Numbered from the stretch's first letter, positions 47,399 to 57,394 are shown. The stretch: DNA of 64,000 bases from an uncultured Oligoflexales bacterium (GCA_964652825.1 CAZZCU010000002.1:149070-213069), one strand, 5' to 3'. Notes: generated by a model from the letters alone, not told the origin. Made by a program: numbers and translations.

Positions 47399-47776
47399 AT
47401 GCAAGTTTTGATAACGATCGGTATGTTACTGGGCCTTTTATGTGCGTCGCCATCGCAGGCGCAGATGAAGTTGCACTCCAAAATTGCCACTAAAACCTCA
47501 GCCGCTGGTGAACAAACAGCAGTGGAATTCAAAGTTGTTCCCGATAAAGACCTGGTCATCAATCTGGAAGGCCCATGGAGCGTCACCGTCGAGGACAACG
47601 GCAGACAACTCACCAAGCTCGGTCGTGATGAATTTCAAGAAAAAATTCCCGGCTTCCTCGCCAAGCTAGCGACCAAGAAAGGCACCGAACTCAAATACAA
47701 CATGGTGGTATTCGTCTGCACGGCTGACAAAAAGCATTGCTATCGTGACGTGCATAAAAATACGCTCAAAATTTAG
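47399..47776 (+). CDS. Small secreted protein (possible DsbD-N-terminal-like fold)
   Basis: Signal peptide ...LLCASPSQA|QM and a beta-rich body ending ...YNMVVFVCTADKKHCYRD, a Cys-x5-Cys pair resembling DsbD-alpha-type proteins (weak). AAGGAG RBS lies inside the spoT 3' end. Confidence 0.4.
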   Translation: MQVLITIGMLLGLLCASPSQAQMKLHSKIATKTSAAGEQTAVEFKVVPDKDLVINLEGPWSVTVEDNGRQLTKLGRDEFQEKIPGFLAKLATKKGTELKYNMVVFVCTADKKHCYRDVHKNTLKI

Positions 47777-47802
47777 ATAACTATCTAGGTCGTGAGGTTA
47801 GC

Positions 47803-49290
47803 GTGCGGATAGTTGCTGTTTTGACTCTAGTGTTCGCAGTCGGCGCATCTGCCTGCAAGACCTTGGAAGGTCCTACGCTCCAGGATGATCCCGTACAAGC
47901 GGCGGATACGATTGATCCAGTCTATGAATCCGCTGTTCTCGCTTTAGTGGATACCATCGTCGCTGGAATTCATGCGGCAAAAATATGCGAGATCGCCGCC
48001 GGGTTTGCGGTAACGGACGCAACACATCAGTGCGGCGTCGAAATACTCAAGCATGCTTGTGGACTCGCTATTGATCAAACGTCAGGAATATTCAAGGTAA
48101 CTCTGAGTGAACGCGAAATTAGCGAGCAGTTTACAACTTTTACCGGACCAGTTATCGGGCGTTTTCGTGGCGCGCTTATTGACTGCATCAAAGCTTCTGC
48201 CATTAACAAAGTTAAAGATGTTGCCATACAGACCGCGGTGAGTTCAGAAGTTTTTGCCAGTGCCGCCGCTGAGGTCGTCCAACAAGCGGGCGCCGCCGCG
48301 GTTGCGGATGCCGTGGGTCAAACCGCTGTCGATACAACGATCACCGGGGTCACAACCACGGCGACCGCTCCAGTGATTGATGCTGCTACGGGGTCATCGG
48401 TCCCCGCCGCCACAGGTTCCGTGGGTGCAGCGGCGGCGAAAGCGGGCAAGCAACGCGTGTGGTTGCGTGCCATTGGTTATGTCGCCTGTCGTGGAGCCGC
48501 GGCAACGATTGCGGCAACTATCGATGCGGCTTATGCTGATGGTCGGAAAAAACCTAAGTATGCGGAATGCACCAATGTTCGTGACTGGTTAAAAGACTCC
48601 AAAACCTGGTCATCTTGTACGCGTACGGTCGGGAGTTTGTGTGCGCTGGCCACACTCAAAGGCGCGATCGATGTAACTAACTTTCTGCCGCCAATCGAGT
48701 CTAATACTGGGAAAGTCATTGCACAGCTGGGCAGTGCCATTGGCACTGGTCTGTGTGTGCTTGGGTCGGAGGCAACGCGACTGAGTTGCAGCGTCATTAG
48801 CTCTACGGCGAGTCAGATTAAGATGGCGATTCAAACAGGTAATAATGATTGGGCTCGGTGTTTAGCCCTTGATCGTCTCGGCGCTTGCATTGGTCATCAT
48901 TGGGGACAAGACGGCTGGAGCAATAACCATCCGGTTGCAAGCACGGTCAATAATGGAACGACAAGCTACAAGCCATGTTGCTGGTGCTATCGTGATTACT
49001 ACATCGATGATAAGTGGATATCCGAGGATACAAGAGTGACCCGGGAACACTGGCTTGGTGTGATTCAAGCCGGTGACGTTAAAACTGGCAATTGCGGCCA
49101 TATGCTCAAGAGAGTTGTTGATACCCACGAGTTGGAACGCGCCAAGAAGCTCTATTACCGTTATGCTGAGTGTCGCAAAGTGTATCTACAGGGTAATGCT
49201 TGCGCTGCTGATGAAGACAATCGATTTAGCGTGTGGGATCCGACATCTAAAACATGGCAGCAGAAGATGTACGGAGCAACACACAAGTAG
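47803..49290 (+). CDS. Large Cys-rich lipoprotein, function unknown
   Basis: Lipobox AVGASA|C and 19 Cys in 495 aa. The middle is Ala/Thr/Val-rich, and the C-terminal part includes PCCWCYRDYY. GTG start with GAGG 7 nt upstream. Confidence 0.55.
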   Translation: MRIVAVLTLVFAVGASACKTLEGPTLQDDPVQAADTIDPVYESAVLALVDTIVAGIHAAKICEIAAGFAVTDATHQCGVEILKHACGLAIDQTSGIFKVTLSEREISEQFTTFTGPVIGRFRGALIDCIKASAINKVKDVAIQTAVSSEVFASAAAEVVQQAGAAAVADAVGQTAVDTTITGVTTTATAPVIDAATGSSVPAATGSVGAAAAKAGKQRVWLRAIGYVACRGAAATIAATIDAAYADGRKKPKYAECTNVRDWLKDSKTWSSCTRTVGSLCALATLKGAIDVTNFLPPIESNTGKVIAQLGSAIGTGLCVLGSEATRLSCSVISSTASQIKMAIQTGNNDWARCLALDRLGACIGHHWGQDGWSNNHPVASTVNNGTTSYKPCCWCYRDYYIDDKWISEDTRVTREHWLGVIQAGDVKTGNCGHMLKRVVDTHELERAKKLYYRYAECRKVYLQGNACAADEDNRFSVWDPTSKTWQQKMYGATHK

Positions 49291-49298
49291 AGCAGTTC

Positions 49299-50297
49299 TC
49301 AAAATTTAGATAAACGGCGCTGCCAAGCCAGTGCCGAAGCAATGATCTGCCGCATGTCGGAATGAATAAACTTTAGACCTAATACCGTTTGCGCACGGCT
49401 TGGATTCGCCACCAATTCGGCGGGGTCACCGAGACGTCGTGGTGCGATTGTATACGCGATACTTTGTCCGAGAACGTCTTCCGCGGCATGCAAAACCTGC
49501 AAATTAGAATGTCCGACGCCGGTTCCCAGATGCATGACCTCGAAGCTGGCCGCAGCCGATGAGCGCTGCAAAGTCAACAGACGCTCTGCCGCCAGAATAT
49601 GCGCGCACGCCAGATCGGTAACATGAACATAATCCCTGACACAAGTGCCATCAGGAGTCGGAAAATCATCGCCAAATATCTGCACTGTCTCGCCCGCCAG
49701 TGCCGCACGCAAAATATTCGGAATCAGATGGGTTTCGGGTTCGTGCCACTCGCCGATTTTACCGTCCAGATCGGCGCCACAAGCGTTAAAATAACGCAGC
49801 GCCATGGCGGGAATGTGTTCCACCTGAACAAATTGTTCGAGTAGCTGTTCACATTTTAATTTCGTGGCCCCATAAGGATTCTCCGGTTGTTTGGGATCAT
49901 CCTCGGCAATCGGTGATTTGATTGGCGTACCGAATACCGCACATGTCGAGGAAAAAATAACCGGTACGCGACAGGACGCCGCCACCATCGCCGCCAACAG
50001 AGAGCGCATGCCACCAACATTATTATCCTCGTACAGCTGCGGCTCGCGCACCGATTCCGGCACCAAAGCCAACGCCGCGAAATGAAAAATCGCATCCGGC
50101 TGACAACGCTGCAACGTCGCGCAGAGCTTGGTCTGCTCGCGCACGTCACCGACTGTCAGTTCAACGCCGTTGGGAACAAACTCCCGATGCCCGCGTTGCA
50201 AATCATCATAAACAAAACACTCATGACCCTGGCGCAAAGCCTCGCGCACAAAATGACTGCCGACATAGCCGGCACCACCGGTCACGAAAAAACGCAT
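49299..50297 (-). CDS. galE: UDP-glucose 4-epimerase
   Basis: MRFFVTGGAGYVGSH Rossmann motif, YGATK catalytic motif, extended SDR. I prefer ATG 50297 over TTG 50318. Confidence 0.85.
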   Translation of the reverse strand: MRFFVTGGAGYVGSHFVREALRQGHECFVYDDLQRGHREFVPNGVELTVGDVREQTKLCATLQRCQPDAIFHFAALALVPESVREPQLYEDNNVGGMRSLLAAMVAASCRVPVIFSSTCAVFGTPIKSPIAEDDPKQPENPYGATKLKCEQLLEQFVQVEHIPAMALRYFNACGADLDGKIGEWHEPETHLIPNILRAALAGETVQIFGDDFPTPDGTCVRDYVHVTDLACAHILAAERLLTLQRSSAAASFEVMHLGTGVGHSNLQVLHAAEDVLGQSIAYTIAPRRLGDPAELVANPSRAQTVLGLKFIHSDMRQIIASALAWQRRLSKF

Positions 50298-50318
50298 GCC
50301 TGCCTTGCTCCCCATCAA

Positions 50319-51371
50319 CTAACAACGCTGCTGCGAGCGCAGCATGGCGCCGCATAATTTATACAACATGCGTGCACCGACATTAGCATCCCACTCATCA
50401 TGACTGTTTGGCGATGGCGTAACCTCGCACAAATCAAAACCAACAATGCGACGACCGCTCTCCGCCAACACCTCTAAAATATACAGCGCTTCCTGATAAC
50501 TCAAACCACCTGGCACCGGCGTACCGGTCGATGGACAAAACACGGGATCCAAACCATCGATATCAAAGGATACATACACATCATCAGGTAGCTCGTGAAC
50601 AATCTGGGTAGCGACATCTTGAAAGGTGATCCCTTGCGCCGCCAATTGAAACAAATCCCGCGCAAAATATGTGCGTACCCGACCGCTCTGTGCATGCGCA
50701 TACTCCAGCTCACGTACCGAGAAGTCCCGAATACCCACATGCACGATGCGTTCAATTTTGGGGAACGACTCCAAGGCATTGTGCATGATCGACGCATGCG
50801 AATGTGTAAAGCCCTCGTAAGCCTGCCGCAAATCATAATGTGCATCAAAATGCAAAACGCCGAAATTCTCCTGCGCCTGCTCGTTCAGCATGCGTAGTAA
50901 ACCAAACGGCGCTGAATGATCGCCGCCGACCAGCGCCACCAGTTTTCCGGCTTTGTGATACGTCATGGCTTGTTCGTAAACGAGCTGATTCACCCGTTCA
51001 CTGGCCTGATTGACTTTGCTGATCGCCGCCGCGGCGGTTTTCTTGTCGCCGCTACGTGCCGTCTCGATGATGCTCGCACATTCCGTATTCAGCTTCGCAA
51101 TTTCGGCAGGTGAGTCAACCATGGTAATCCCGGCGCGAAACGGTTTGCCGAAAGCCAGATCGAACACATCGAGTTGATGACTGGCCGCATTGATCGCCGC
51201 CGGTCCCGCCGCCGTGCCTTTGCCATAAGAGGTGGTTGCATCCCAAGGTACCGGCAACAGCACCAAAGCCGCCTGCTCCACGGGAAAATCTATACCAAGA
51301 AACCCGGCATCTTCCAGCGCCGGCTCGCCATCATCCAGTTTACGCAAAAGTTCTTCCGCTTGTTTGTCCAA
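50319..51371 (-). CDS. Arginase-family ureohydrolase (agmatinase/formimidoylglutamase-like)
   Basis: Mn-ligand motifs LVGGDHS, HFDAHYDLR and SFDIDGLDP. Confidence 0.8.
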   Translation of the reverse strand: MDKQAEELLRKLDDGEPALEDAGFLGIDFPVEQAALVLLPVPWDATTSYGKGTAAGPAAINAASHQLDVFDLAFGKPFRAGITMVDSPAEIAKLNTECASIIETARSGDKKTAAAAISKVNQASERVNQLVYEQAMTYHKAGKLVALVGGDHSAPFGLLRMLNEQAQENFGVLHFDAHYDLRQAYEGFTHSHASIMHNALESFPKIERIVHVGIRDFSVRELEYAHAQSGRVRTYFARDLFQLAAQGITFQDVATQIVHELPDDVYVSFDIDGLDPVFCPSTGTPVPGGLSYQEALYILEVLAESGRRIVGFDLCEVTPSPNSHDEWDANVGARMLYKLCGAMLRSQQRC

Positions 51372-51386
51372 TGTTCACCTCAACAG

Positions 51387-53306
51387 CTATTTAAGCTTGC
51401 TCAACAATTCTTCTTCGGTCCAAATGGGGATACCCAAAGTTTTAGCTTTCTTCATCTTACTTGATCCACTCTCAGTTTCATTCGTCACCAGCGCAAAAGT
51501 ATTGGCCGACACCGATGATGCCGGCTTACCGCCAGCGGCTTTGATCAACGCCTCGATGTCTTTGCGCGGGCGCGATAGCTCCCCGGTAATCGCAATGGAT
51601 TTACCTAGCAAAGGCCCCGAGACCGGTGCCGGCGGCGCATTGATCGGCTGCACACCAACTTGCAATAATTCCTGCACGAGTCCGGCCTTCTCGCGCAGAC
51701 CATCAACTAATGTCTGCGCGGTCTTCTCAGCAAAGCCATCGATATACACAATATCATCGACACTCAAGCGCATCACTTCGTCGAGGCTTGGATGATGCTC
51801 AAGCAACTTTTCCCAGGTTGTCTCGCCCAAACCATGAATCCCCAACCCCGTCAAAAACACCGCCAACGGCATTGATTTTGACTTGTCGATATTCGCCAGG
51901 ATTTTCGCCGCCATCCTTTCTTTGGTAAGCGGCAAGGTTAACAAGTTACCCAGATCGAGTCGATACAAGTCAGCCGGACTCTTAACCAAACCAAGGTTAA
52001 GCATCTGCTCAAGACGTTTATCGCTGACATCATCAATGCCAACGCTGCGAATCCAGTTCAAAATCGCCCCGGATTGCTGTGCGGGACACGTAGCAGTATT
52101 GGGACACTGCAAGCGAACTTCATCAAATACCAATTTAGCGGAACACGACTCGCAGCGTTTGGGCCACCGGTATTTGCCGTGAGCGGCCTTTACCACCTGC
52201 AAAAATTTCGGGATCACTTCGCCTGAGCGAACGATTTCGATCTGATCACCGACTTTCAAATTATAAAGCTGTACGTGCGCGGCATTATGTAAAGTAATAT
52301 TCGTGATCGTCGCACCACTCAAATATACCGGCTCAATCACGGCTACCGGTGTCACGATACCCAGCCGCGACGTTGCCCAGATAATGTCCCGAATAGTAGC
52401 AACGGCTGTTTCGCCCTGCCACTTGAACGACATTTTGTAGCGTGGATGATGCGCAGTGTTGCCCAGATGCGCGCGCAAACGCAATTCATTGTAACTAAAC
52501 ACCGCACCGTCCAACTGAATCTCATCCTCGGCGATCAACGTGCGTGCAAATTCCAAATAAGCTTTGATCTCATCTTCGTTTTCTATCAACTTCGGCTTCG
52601 GCAGGCGAAAACCCATCTGTTCGAGCCAAGCGAATTTTTCCATCTCGGTGTTGAATTTCAACCCCGGATCATCGCTTAATAATTCAAAGGCGAAAAAATT
52701 AAAATGCCGCGCCAGCGACGCATGCATTTTGCGCCCCAGCAAGCCGGCAACAATATTCCGCGGATTGGTGGGCGGCTCGAGCCCCAAACTCACCATGGTT
52801 TGCGACAACTGAGTGAATTGCCGCGTCGAGCAATACAGCTCGCCGCGTATCTCACAATGAACTTTTGCTGGAATGCGAGGCGGCAAATCAGCGATCCAAC
52901 GAATCTTGTTCGTGACGTTTTCGCCGACCCTGCCATTGCCGCGCGTCTTGGCGATCTGCAACATGCCATTCTCATAAGTCACACTGAGACTGTTGCCGTC
53001 GACTTTGAGCGTACCGACCACCGGCTTACCATCCACCCAATCCCATAAAGCGGTATAATCGTAAGTTTTCTGTAATGACAGCATCGGCTCGCCATGCGTG
53101 GCTTTCGCCAGCGTGGTGTCAATATCATGACCAACAAACGCCAGTACCGGATGATCGGGACTGAGGGCCCGCAATTCATCCTCAAGCTTATCGTAAGTCG
53201 CATCGCTGATCTCCGGCTTGCCTTGATAATAAAGCTGCTTATGCAGCATAATCTGCTGCGCCAGTTCCGCGACGCGATCCGCGTTATAGTTGGTGGGCCC
53301 GGGCAT
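51387..53306 (-). CDS. ligA: NAD-dependent DNA ligase
   Basis: Adenylation motif LKVDGNSL, OB fold, Zn finger (CESCSAKLVFDEVRLQCPNTATC), HhH region and C-terminal BRCT. Confidence 0.95.
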   Translation of the reverse strand: MPGPTNYNADRVAELAQQIMLHKQLYYQGKPEISDATYDKLEDELRALSPDHPVLAFVGHDIDTTLAKATHGEPMLSLQKTYDYTALWDWVDGKPVVGTLKVDGNSLSVTYENGMLQIAKTRGNGRVGENVTNKIRWIADLPPRIPAKVHCEIRGELYCSTRQFTQLSQTMVSLGLEPPTNPRNIVAGLLGRKMHASLARHFNFFAFELLSDDPGLKFNTEMEKFAWLEQMGFRLPKPKLIENEDEIKAYLEFARTLIAEDEIQLDGAVFSYNELRLRAHLGNTAHHPRYKMSFKWQGETAVATIRDIIWATSRLGIVTPVAVIEPVYLSGATITNITLHNAAHVQLYNLKVGDQIEIVRSGEVIPKFLQVVKAAHGKYRWPKRCESCSAKLVFDEVRLQCPNTATCPAQQSGAILNWIRSVGIDDVSDKRLEQMLNLGLVKSPADLYRLDLGNLLTLPLTKERMAAKILANIDKSKSMPLAVFLTGLGIHGLGETTWEKLLEHHPSLDEVMRLSVDDIVYIDGFAEKTAQTLVDGLREKAGLVQELLQVGVQPINAPPAPVSGPLLGKSIAITGELSRPRKDIEALIKAAGGKPASSVSANTFALVTNETESGSSKMKKAKTLGIPIWTEEELLSKLK

Positions 53307-53376
53307 GGCTGTCCTTGCAAAAAAAGCCAGGGTTCGCTAGGTTGACCCTAGAACAAAAACGAAAGGTATTTCTATC

Positions 53377-54537
53377 ATGGCCCGTCCTAAAATGACCATG
53401 GCATTTGCACTGGCAGTAGCCTTGCATTTTTTGCTTAGCGCCACACCAGCGTTCGCCCAAGCTAAAGCCAGCCTTCGTATCGCCGCCTTTGTTCCGTTAA
53501 GTGGGGCGTTAGCACCATATGGCCAACGCATGCTTCAGTCGATGAATCTGGCGCTCGCTGATCTGGCGACGACGGATGCTGATCTCGCCAAACGCATAAC
53601 CCTGATCAGCAAAGACACGCAAAAGTATAATCTGGAAATCGAACGCCTGGCTAATGAAGCCGTGACCAGTGACAAGGCTGACCTTTTTATCGGCGCTCTG
53701 ACCAGCTCTTCCACTTACATGCTGGCGTCAGCGGCGGAGTCACTGCGCAAACCACTCATCGCTCCGATCGTCACCACCAATAGTCTGACGACCAAAGGTC
53801 AAATGATTTTTCGCGCCGTTTATAGAGATTCTGATCAAGGTGACGTCCTCGCCCAATACGCGCTAAAGCATATGAATAAAACCGCGGCTGCGATCATTCT
53901 GCCAAGCAACTCCGAAGCTGCCGGGGCGTTCGCCCAACAATTTGAAAAATCCTTCACCGCCGGCGGCGGCTCGGTCGTCGCCAAGATCGATTACACGCCA
54001 GGCAGCGGTGGTGTACGCAAACTCCTCGACAAAGTCCACGCAGCACGCCCTCAGGTGATTATTTATCCGGGGTTTTATCAGGATGTCGGCAAAATCATGG
54101 ACGAAGCCACCAATATGGGACTGCGTTACTCAATCCTGGGCGGAGATGGTCTGGACAGCCCACAACTTTTTAAGCTGACCTCCAAAAACGGTGTACGCGG
54201 TCACTTCTTTGTTACGCCATTTGCGTTGGATGATCCTGACGCCAGCACCGTGCGTTTTATCAGTGCCTTCAAACAAAAATATCAACAAGACCCCGATATG
54301 CTGGCGGCGCTCAGTTACGATGCGATGCTACTGGCGATCCATGCTTTTAAGCGCGCCAACTCACGCTTGCCGGATTCGCTGGCGCGCGCACTCGCTAACA
54401 GCAAGGATGTTCCGGGCGTACTCGGTCCGTTATCGATTAACGCCAACCGCGATGCCATGCGCCCGGCGGTCATCATCAAGACCCACGCCGACGGCGGCAA
54501 ATTCGCGACGAAAATCACGCCCGCGCCGACATTGTGA
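53377..54537 (+). CDS. Periplasmic type-1 substrate-binding protein (LivK/branched-chain amino-acid-like)
   Basis: Signal peptide ...SATPAFA|QA. LRIAAFVPLSGALAPYGQ is the typical Peripla_BP_6 start. No permease or ATPase genes are adjacent. Confidence 0.8.
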   Translation: MARPKMTMAFALAVALHFLLSATPAFAQAKASLRIAAFVPLSGALAPYGQRMLQSMNLALADLATTDADLAKRITLISKDTQKYNLEIERLANEAVTSDKADLFIGALTSSSTYMLASAAESLRKPLIAPIVTTNSLTTKGQMIFRAVYRDSDQGDVLAQYALKHMNKTAAAIILPSNSEAAGAFAQQFEKSFTAGGGSVVAKIDYTPGSGGVRKLLDKVHAARPQVIIYPGFYQDVGKIMDEATNMGLRYSILGGDGLDSPQLFKLTSKNGVRGHFFVTPFALDDPDASTVRFISAFKQKYQQDPDMLAALSYDAMLLAIHAFKRANSRLPDSLARALANSKDVPGVLGPLSINANRDAMRPAVIIKTHADGGKFATKITPAPTL

Positions 54538-55949
54538 TTGAAGACCGTCAAAGTCAAAGTGTCACCGCGCGGGTTCAGGCGCTCTATGAAGCTTTTCCTT
54601 ATCCACACTATCCACTATGGGCGCCACTGCGTTGGCAGGACGGTTATTTATCGTCGCTGGCATTCTCGCGGCGCTTGCTCGCTGATCAAATACTTTCCGC
54701 CGAGCGTACACATCAGATAATCCCAAGCAAACGTACGCCGCGGATTCTACTCGCCGGCTCCGGCGAGGCATTGCCGTACATCCTCGGCAAATTCGAGCCG
54801 CGTCACTACCAACTAACGTGTCTCGATATTTCCGCGCGCAGCATGCGCCGCGCTCGCACGCGTTTGCTGCTGACCTGGCGCAACAAAAACTTTCTCGCCG
54901 GCGATCTCAATGACTACCTATCACAAGCGGAGCATCGCGAGTACTTTGACCACATCGATAGTTTCGGCGTGCTGCATCACTTGCCCGATCCAGCACATAG
55001 TCTGCGGCTGTTAGCCGCCAGCCTGCGACCAGGTGGTACGGCGCGCTTCATGGTTTACAATTCGCCGGCGCGCGACTGGATCACGCACCTGCAAAAGGCT
55101 TTTCGCTTGCTGCATCTGGACCTGCATCTTGCCGAAGATCGTGCACTGGTGCGTTCCTACCTGCAAACCTTGCGAACGATTTATCCAAGCATGGACGAGC
55201 ATCTGACCAACATGGGTGAATCCACTTTGCGCAGCGCCACGCGTTTAGTGGATACCTTCATGCACGCACACGAAATTCGCTGGGATATTCAACGCTGGTT
55301 GAACGAATTCAACGCCGCAGGTTTGCAACCATTCGCGCTCTTTGATCGTTATGCTGAACTTGATGACTTGCCCAATCCCTTGTGGCAGATGCCAAGTGCG
55401 CAGGTGCTGGCGGATCGTGCCGTCACCGGGGACTATGCGGGCAATCTCGAACTTTTCCTGCACAAACCACCTCACGCACACCAAGCGATAGAAATTTTTC
55501 CGCAAGCCATTTGGCGTTGGTGGCGACACACATTACGCGCACCACCATCATCCTGGCGATGCTACGAGGAAACGCAGCAACTTGACCTACTGCAACTACA
55601 GAAATTATGGTGGTGTTTTCTCGCCTGGACTTATCAGGACCGCGATCGTGCTTTAACTATCGAGCAAAATCCAGAAACCATGCAACGCCTGGCACGCATC
55701 GGCGCGATTCTGCCGGGACAATGCCAACACCCCGACACTTATCGCCTGCTCAAGCAGGCTATGCAACCCGCAAAGACAGCGAACGAACGAGAATCCGCTT
55801 CGTCTCTGGCCAAAGATAATCGCGAACTTTTGTATTTGGTAGAGAGAACCTTGACCGCCAAAAACCTTAACAATCCGCGTCGCCGCCAAGCGGTAATGCG
55901 ACGCCTTGCGTTAGCCTGCGGCTCTGCTCCCGACGCCACTCAGCAATAG
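54534..55949 (+). CDS. Class I SAM-dependent methyltransferase with a long C-terminal extension
   Basis: Motif I RILLAGSGEALP, post-I CLDIS, FDHIDSFGVLHHLPDP, LRPGGTARFMVYN. GTG 54534 overlaps the upstream stop (GTGA). Confidence 0.7.
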   Translation: MIEDRQSQSVTARVQALYEAFPYPHYPLWAPLRWQDGYLSSLAFSRRLLADQILSAERTHQIIPSKRTPRILLAGSGEALPYILGKFEPRHYQLTCLDISARSMRRARTRLLLTWRNKNFLAGDLNDYLSQAEHREYFDHIDSFGVLHHLPDPAHSLRLLAASLRPGGTARFMVYNSPARDWITHLQKAFRLLHLDLHLAEDRALVRSYLQTLRTIYPSMDEHLTNMGESTLRSATRLVDTFMHAHEIRWDIQRWLNEFNAAGLQPFALFDRYAELDDLPNPLWQMPSAQVLADRAVTGDYAGNLELFLHKPPHAHQAIEIFPQAIWRWWRHTLRAPPSSWRCYEETQQLDLLQLQKLWWCFLAWTYQDRDRALTIEQNPETMQRLARIGAILPGQCQHPDTYRLLKQAMQPAKTANERESASSLAKDNRELLYLVERTLTAKNLNNPRRRQAVMRRLALACGSAPDATQQ

Positions 55950-56574
55950 CTTGGTGATCTCCGGACAGCAACACACTAGGCACGTCCATGCCCTCAAAAT
56001 TTGGCGGTCGCGTGTAAGACGGATGTTCTAAGCCCCCCTCATATGCGGGGGAAAAAGAATCCAATGCCGCGCTATCTTGATGCCCCAGCGCTCCCGGCAG
56101 ATGCCGAACGATAGCGTCGGCAATCAGCATCGCCGGCAACTCACCCCCGGAGACGACAAAGTCACCAATAGAAATTTCTTCATGCACATACTTATCGATA
56201 AAACGCTGATCGATACCGGCAAAACGACCACAAATAAATACCAGCGGACGGTTTAGTTGCCGCAAACGTGACATGCCTTCCTGTCGCATCTTCCTGCCAC
56301 CAGGACTAAGCAAAATAATATAGGCGTCAGCCGCCAGACTCTTGCAGGCGCTGGCTAAAATATCGGCGCGCATAACCATGCCGTCGCCGCCGCCGTAGGG
56401 GCGATCATCGACGCTACCGTACTTGTCGGTGGCGAAATCACGTAGATTGACGACATCACAATGCAACGAACCCGCGGCGCTGGCCGCGCGAAACGCGCCA
56501 AAATCCAGGTAAGCGCGCACAAACTCCGGATGGATCGTAACAAAAGTTATATTTAGCGGGAGGTTTCCTGACAC
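55867..56574 (-). CDS. trmD: tRNA (guanine37-N1)-methyltransferase
   Basis: VDDRPYGGGDGMVM, ICGRFAGIDQRF and SIGDFVVSGGELPAM are TrmD motifs. It lies in the rpsP-rimM-trmD operon. The C-terminal tail is atypical (see findings). Confidence 0.9.
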   Translation of the reverse strand: MSGNLPLNITFVTIHPEFVRAYLDFGAFRAASAAGSLHCDVVNLRDFATDKYGSVDDRPYGGGDGMVMRADILASACKSLAADAYIILLSPGGRKMRQEGMSRLRQLNRPLVFICGRFAGIDQRFIDKYVHEEISIGDFVVSGGELPAMLIADAIVRHLPGALGHQDSAALDSFSPAYEGGLEHPSYTRPPNFEGMDVPSVLLSGDHQAIAEWRREQSRRLTQGVALPLGGDADC

Positions 56575-57107
56575 AGGTCTTCCAATACTGTTGCATCCAC
56601 TGATAAACGTAGCGGGCCGCCACCAGCGACTGATTGCAAATCAAAATACGCGGTGATCAGCGGCACATCAAAAATCCGTCCGTCACTGCTGACAATCTCA
56701 ACCACATCAGAAGCGCCGACGTTGTAAACCGAACGGATGGTTCCAAACAACGATCCCGCCAACGTCATCACCTGGCGATGCGGCAAATCGATCCATAAAT
56801 ACTCCGTGCGCGCATCAACAACAAGCTGCGCCCTCGGCATCCACAGACTCTCGCCCGCGATCGCCTCGGCGTCTTCGCGAGACGCGATCTCACGACAAGT
56901 CACCAGCGGCCGCCCCGCCTGCCAACGGCTCTCGGTTATGGTAAGTATTTTACCCGTTGCCGGCGTTGACCCGACCTGCAAAGTCTTGCATGCCGCCGGA
57001 ATCAATTCGTCACGCCCGGAAACGAAAAAAGACCCACGTAATCCGTGAGCCTTTCCGACAATGCCAACCCGCAGCCATTCAGCCGCGTGGTCTACACTTT
57101 CAATCAC
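56553..57107 (-). CDS. rimM: 16S rRNA processing protein RimM
   Basis: LRVGIVGKAHGLRGSFFV is the typical RimM N-terminus, followed by a PRC-barrel C-terminus. A 4-nt overlap links it with rpsP. Confidence 0.85.
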   Translation of the reverse strand: MIESVDHAAEWLRVGIVGKAHGLRGSFFVSGRDELIPAACKTLQVGSTPATGKILTITESRWQAGRPLVTCREIASREDAEAIAGESLWMPRAQLVVDARTEYLWIDLPHRQVMTLAGSLFGTIRSVYNVGASDVVEIVSSDGRIFDVPLITAYFDLQSVAGGGPLRLSVDATVLEDLCQETSR

Positions 57108-57394
57108 TTTTTCGCTTTGGTCTTGGTTGCAGCAACCGTTTTCACGCGCTCCAGCTTCAAGCCGGTTTTCGCCGCCAACACGGCAACCGTATTGCTGAGC
57201 TGTGCACCTTTGCCAAACCAGTACTGCATCCGTTCAGCGTTGAAGCTGACCGTCGATGGTTCGCCGGCGGGATCATAGACCCCTAATTTCTCGATAAATT
57301 TGCAATCGCGCGGCTTGCGATGATCCGCTGCAACTACGTGATAAAATGGACGATTTCTCGTGCCGTGACGCTGTAAACGTAAATGAACAGCCAT
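57104..57394 (-). CDS. rpsP: 30S ribosomal protein S16
   Basis: MAVHLRLQRHGTRNRPFYHVVAADHRKPRD is the canonical S16 N-terminus. GGGAG RBS. Confidence 0.95.
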   Translation of the reverse strand: MAVHLRLQRHGTRNRPFYHVVAADHRKPRDCKFIEKLGVYDPAGEPSTVSFNAERMQYWFGKGAQLSNTVAVLAAKTGLKLERVKTVAATKTKAKK

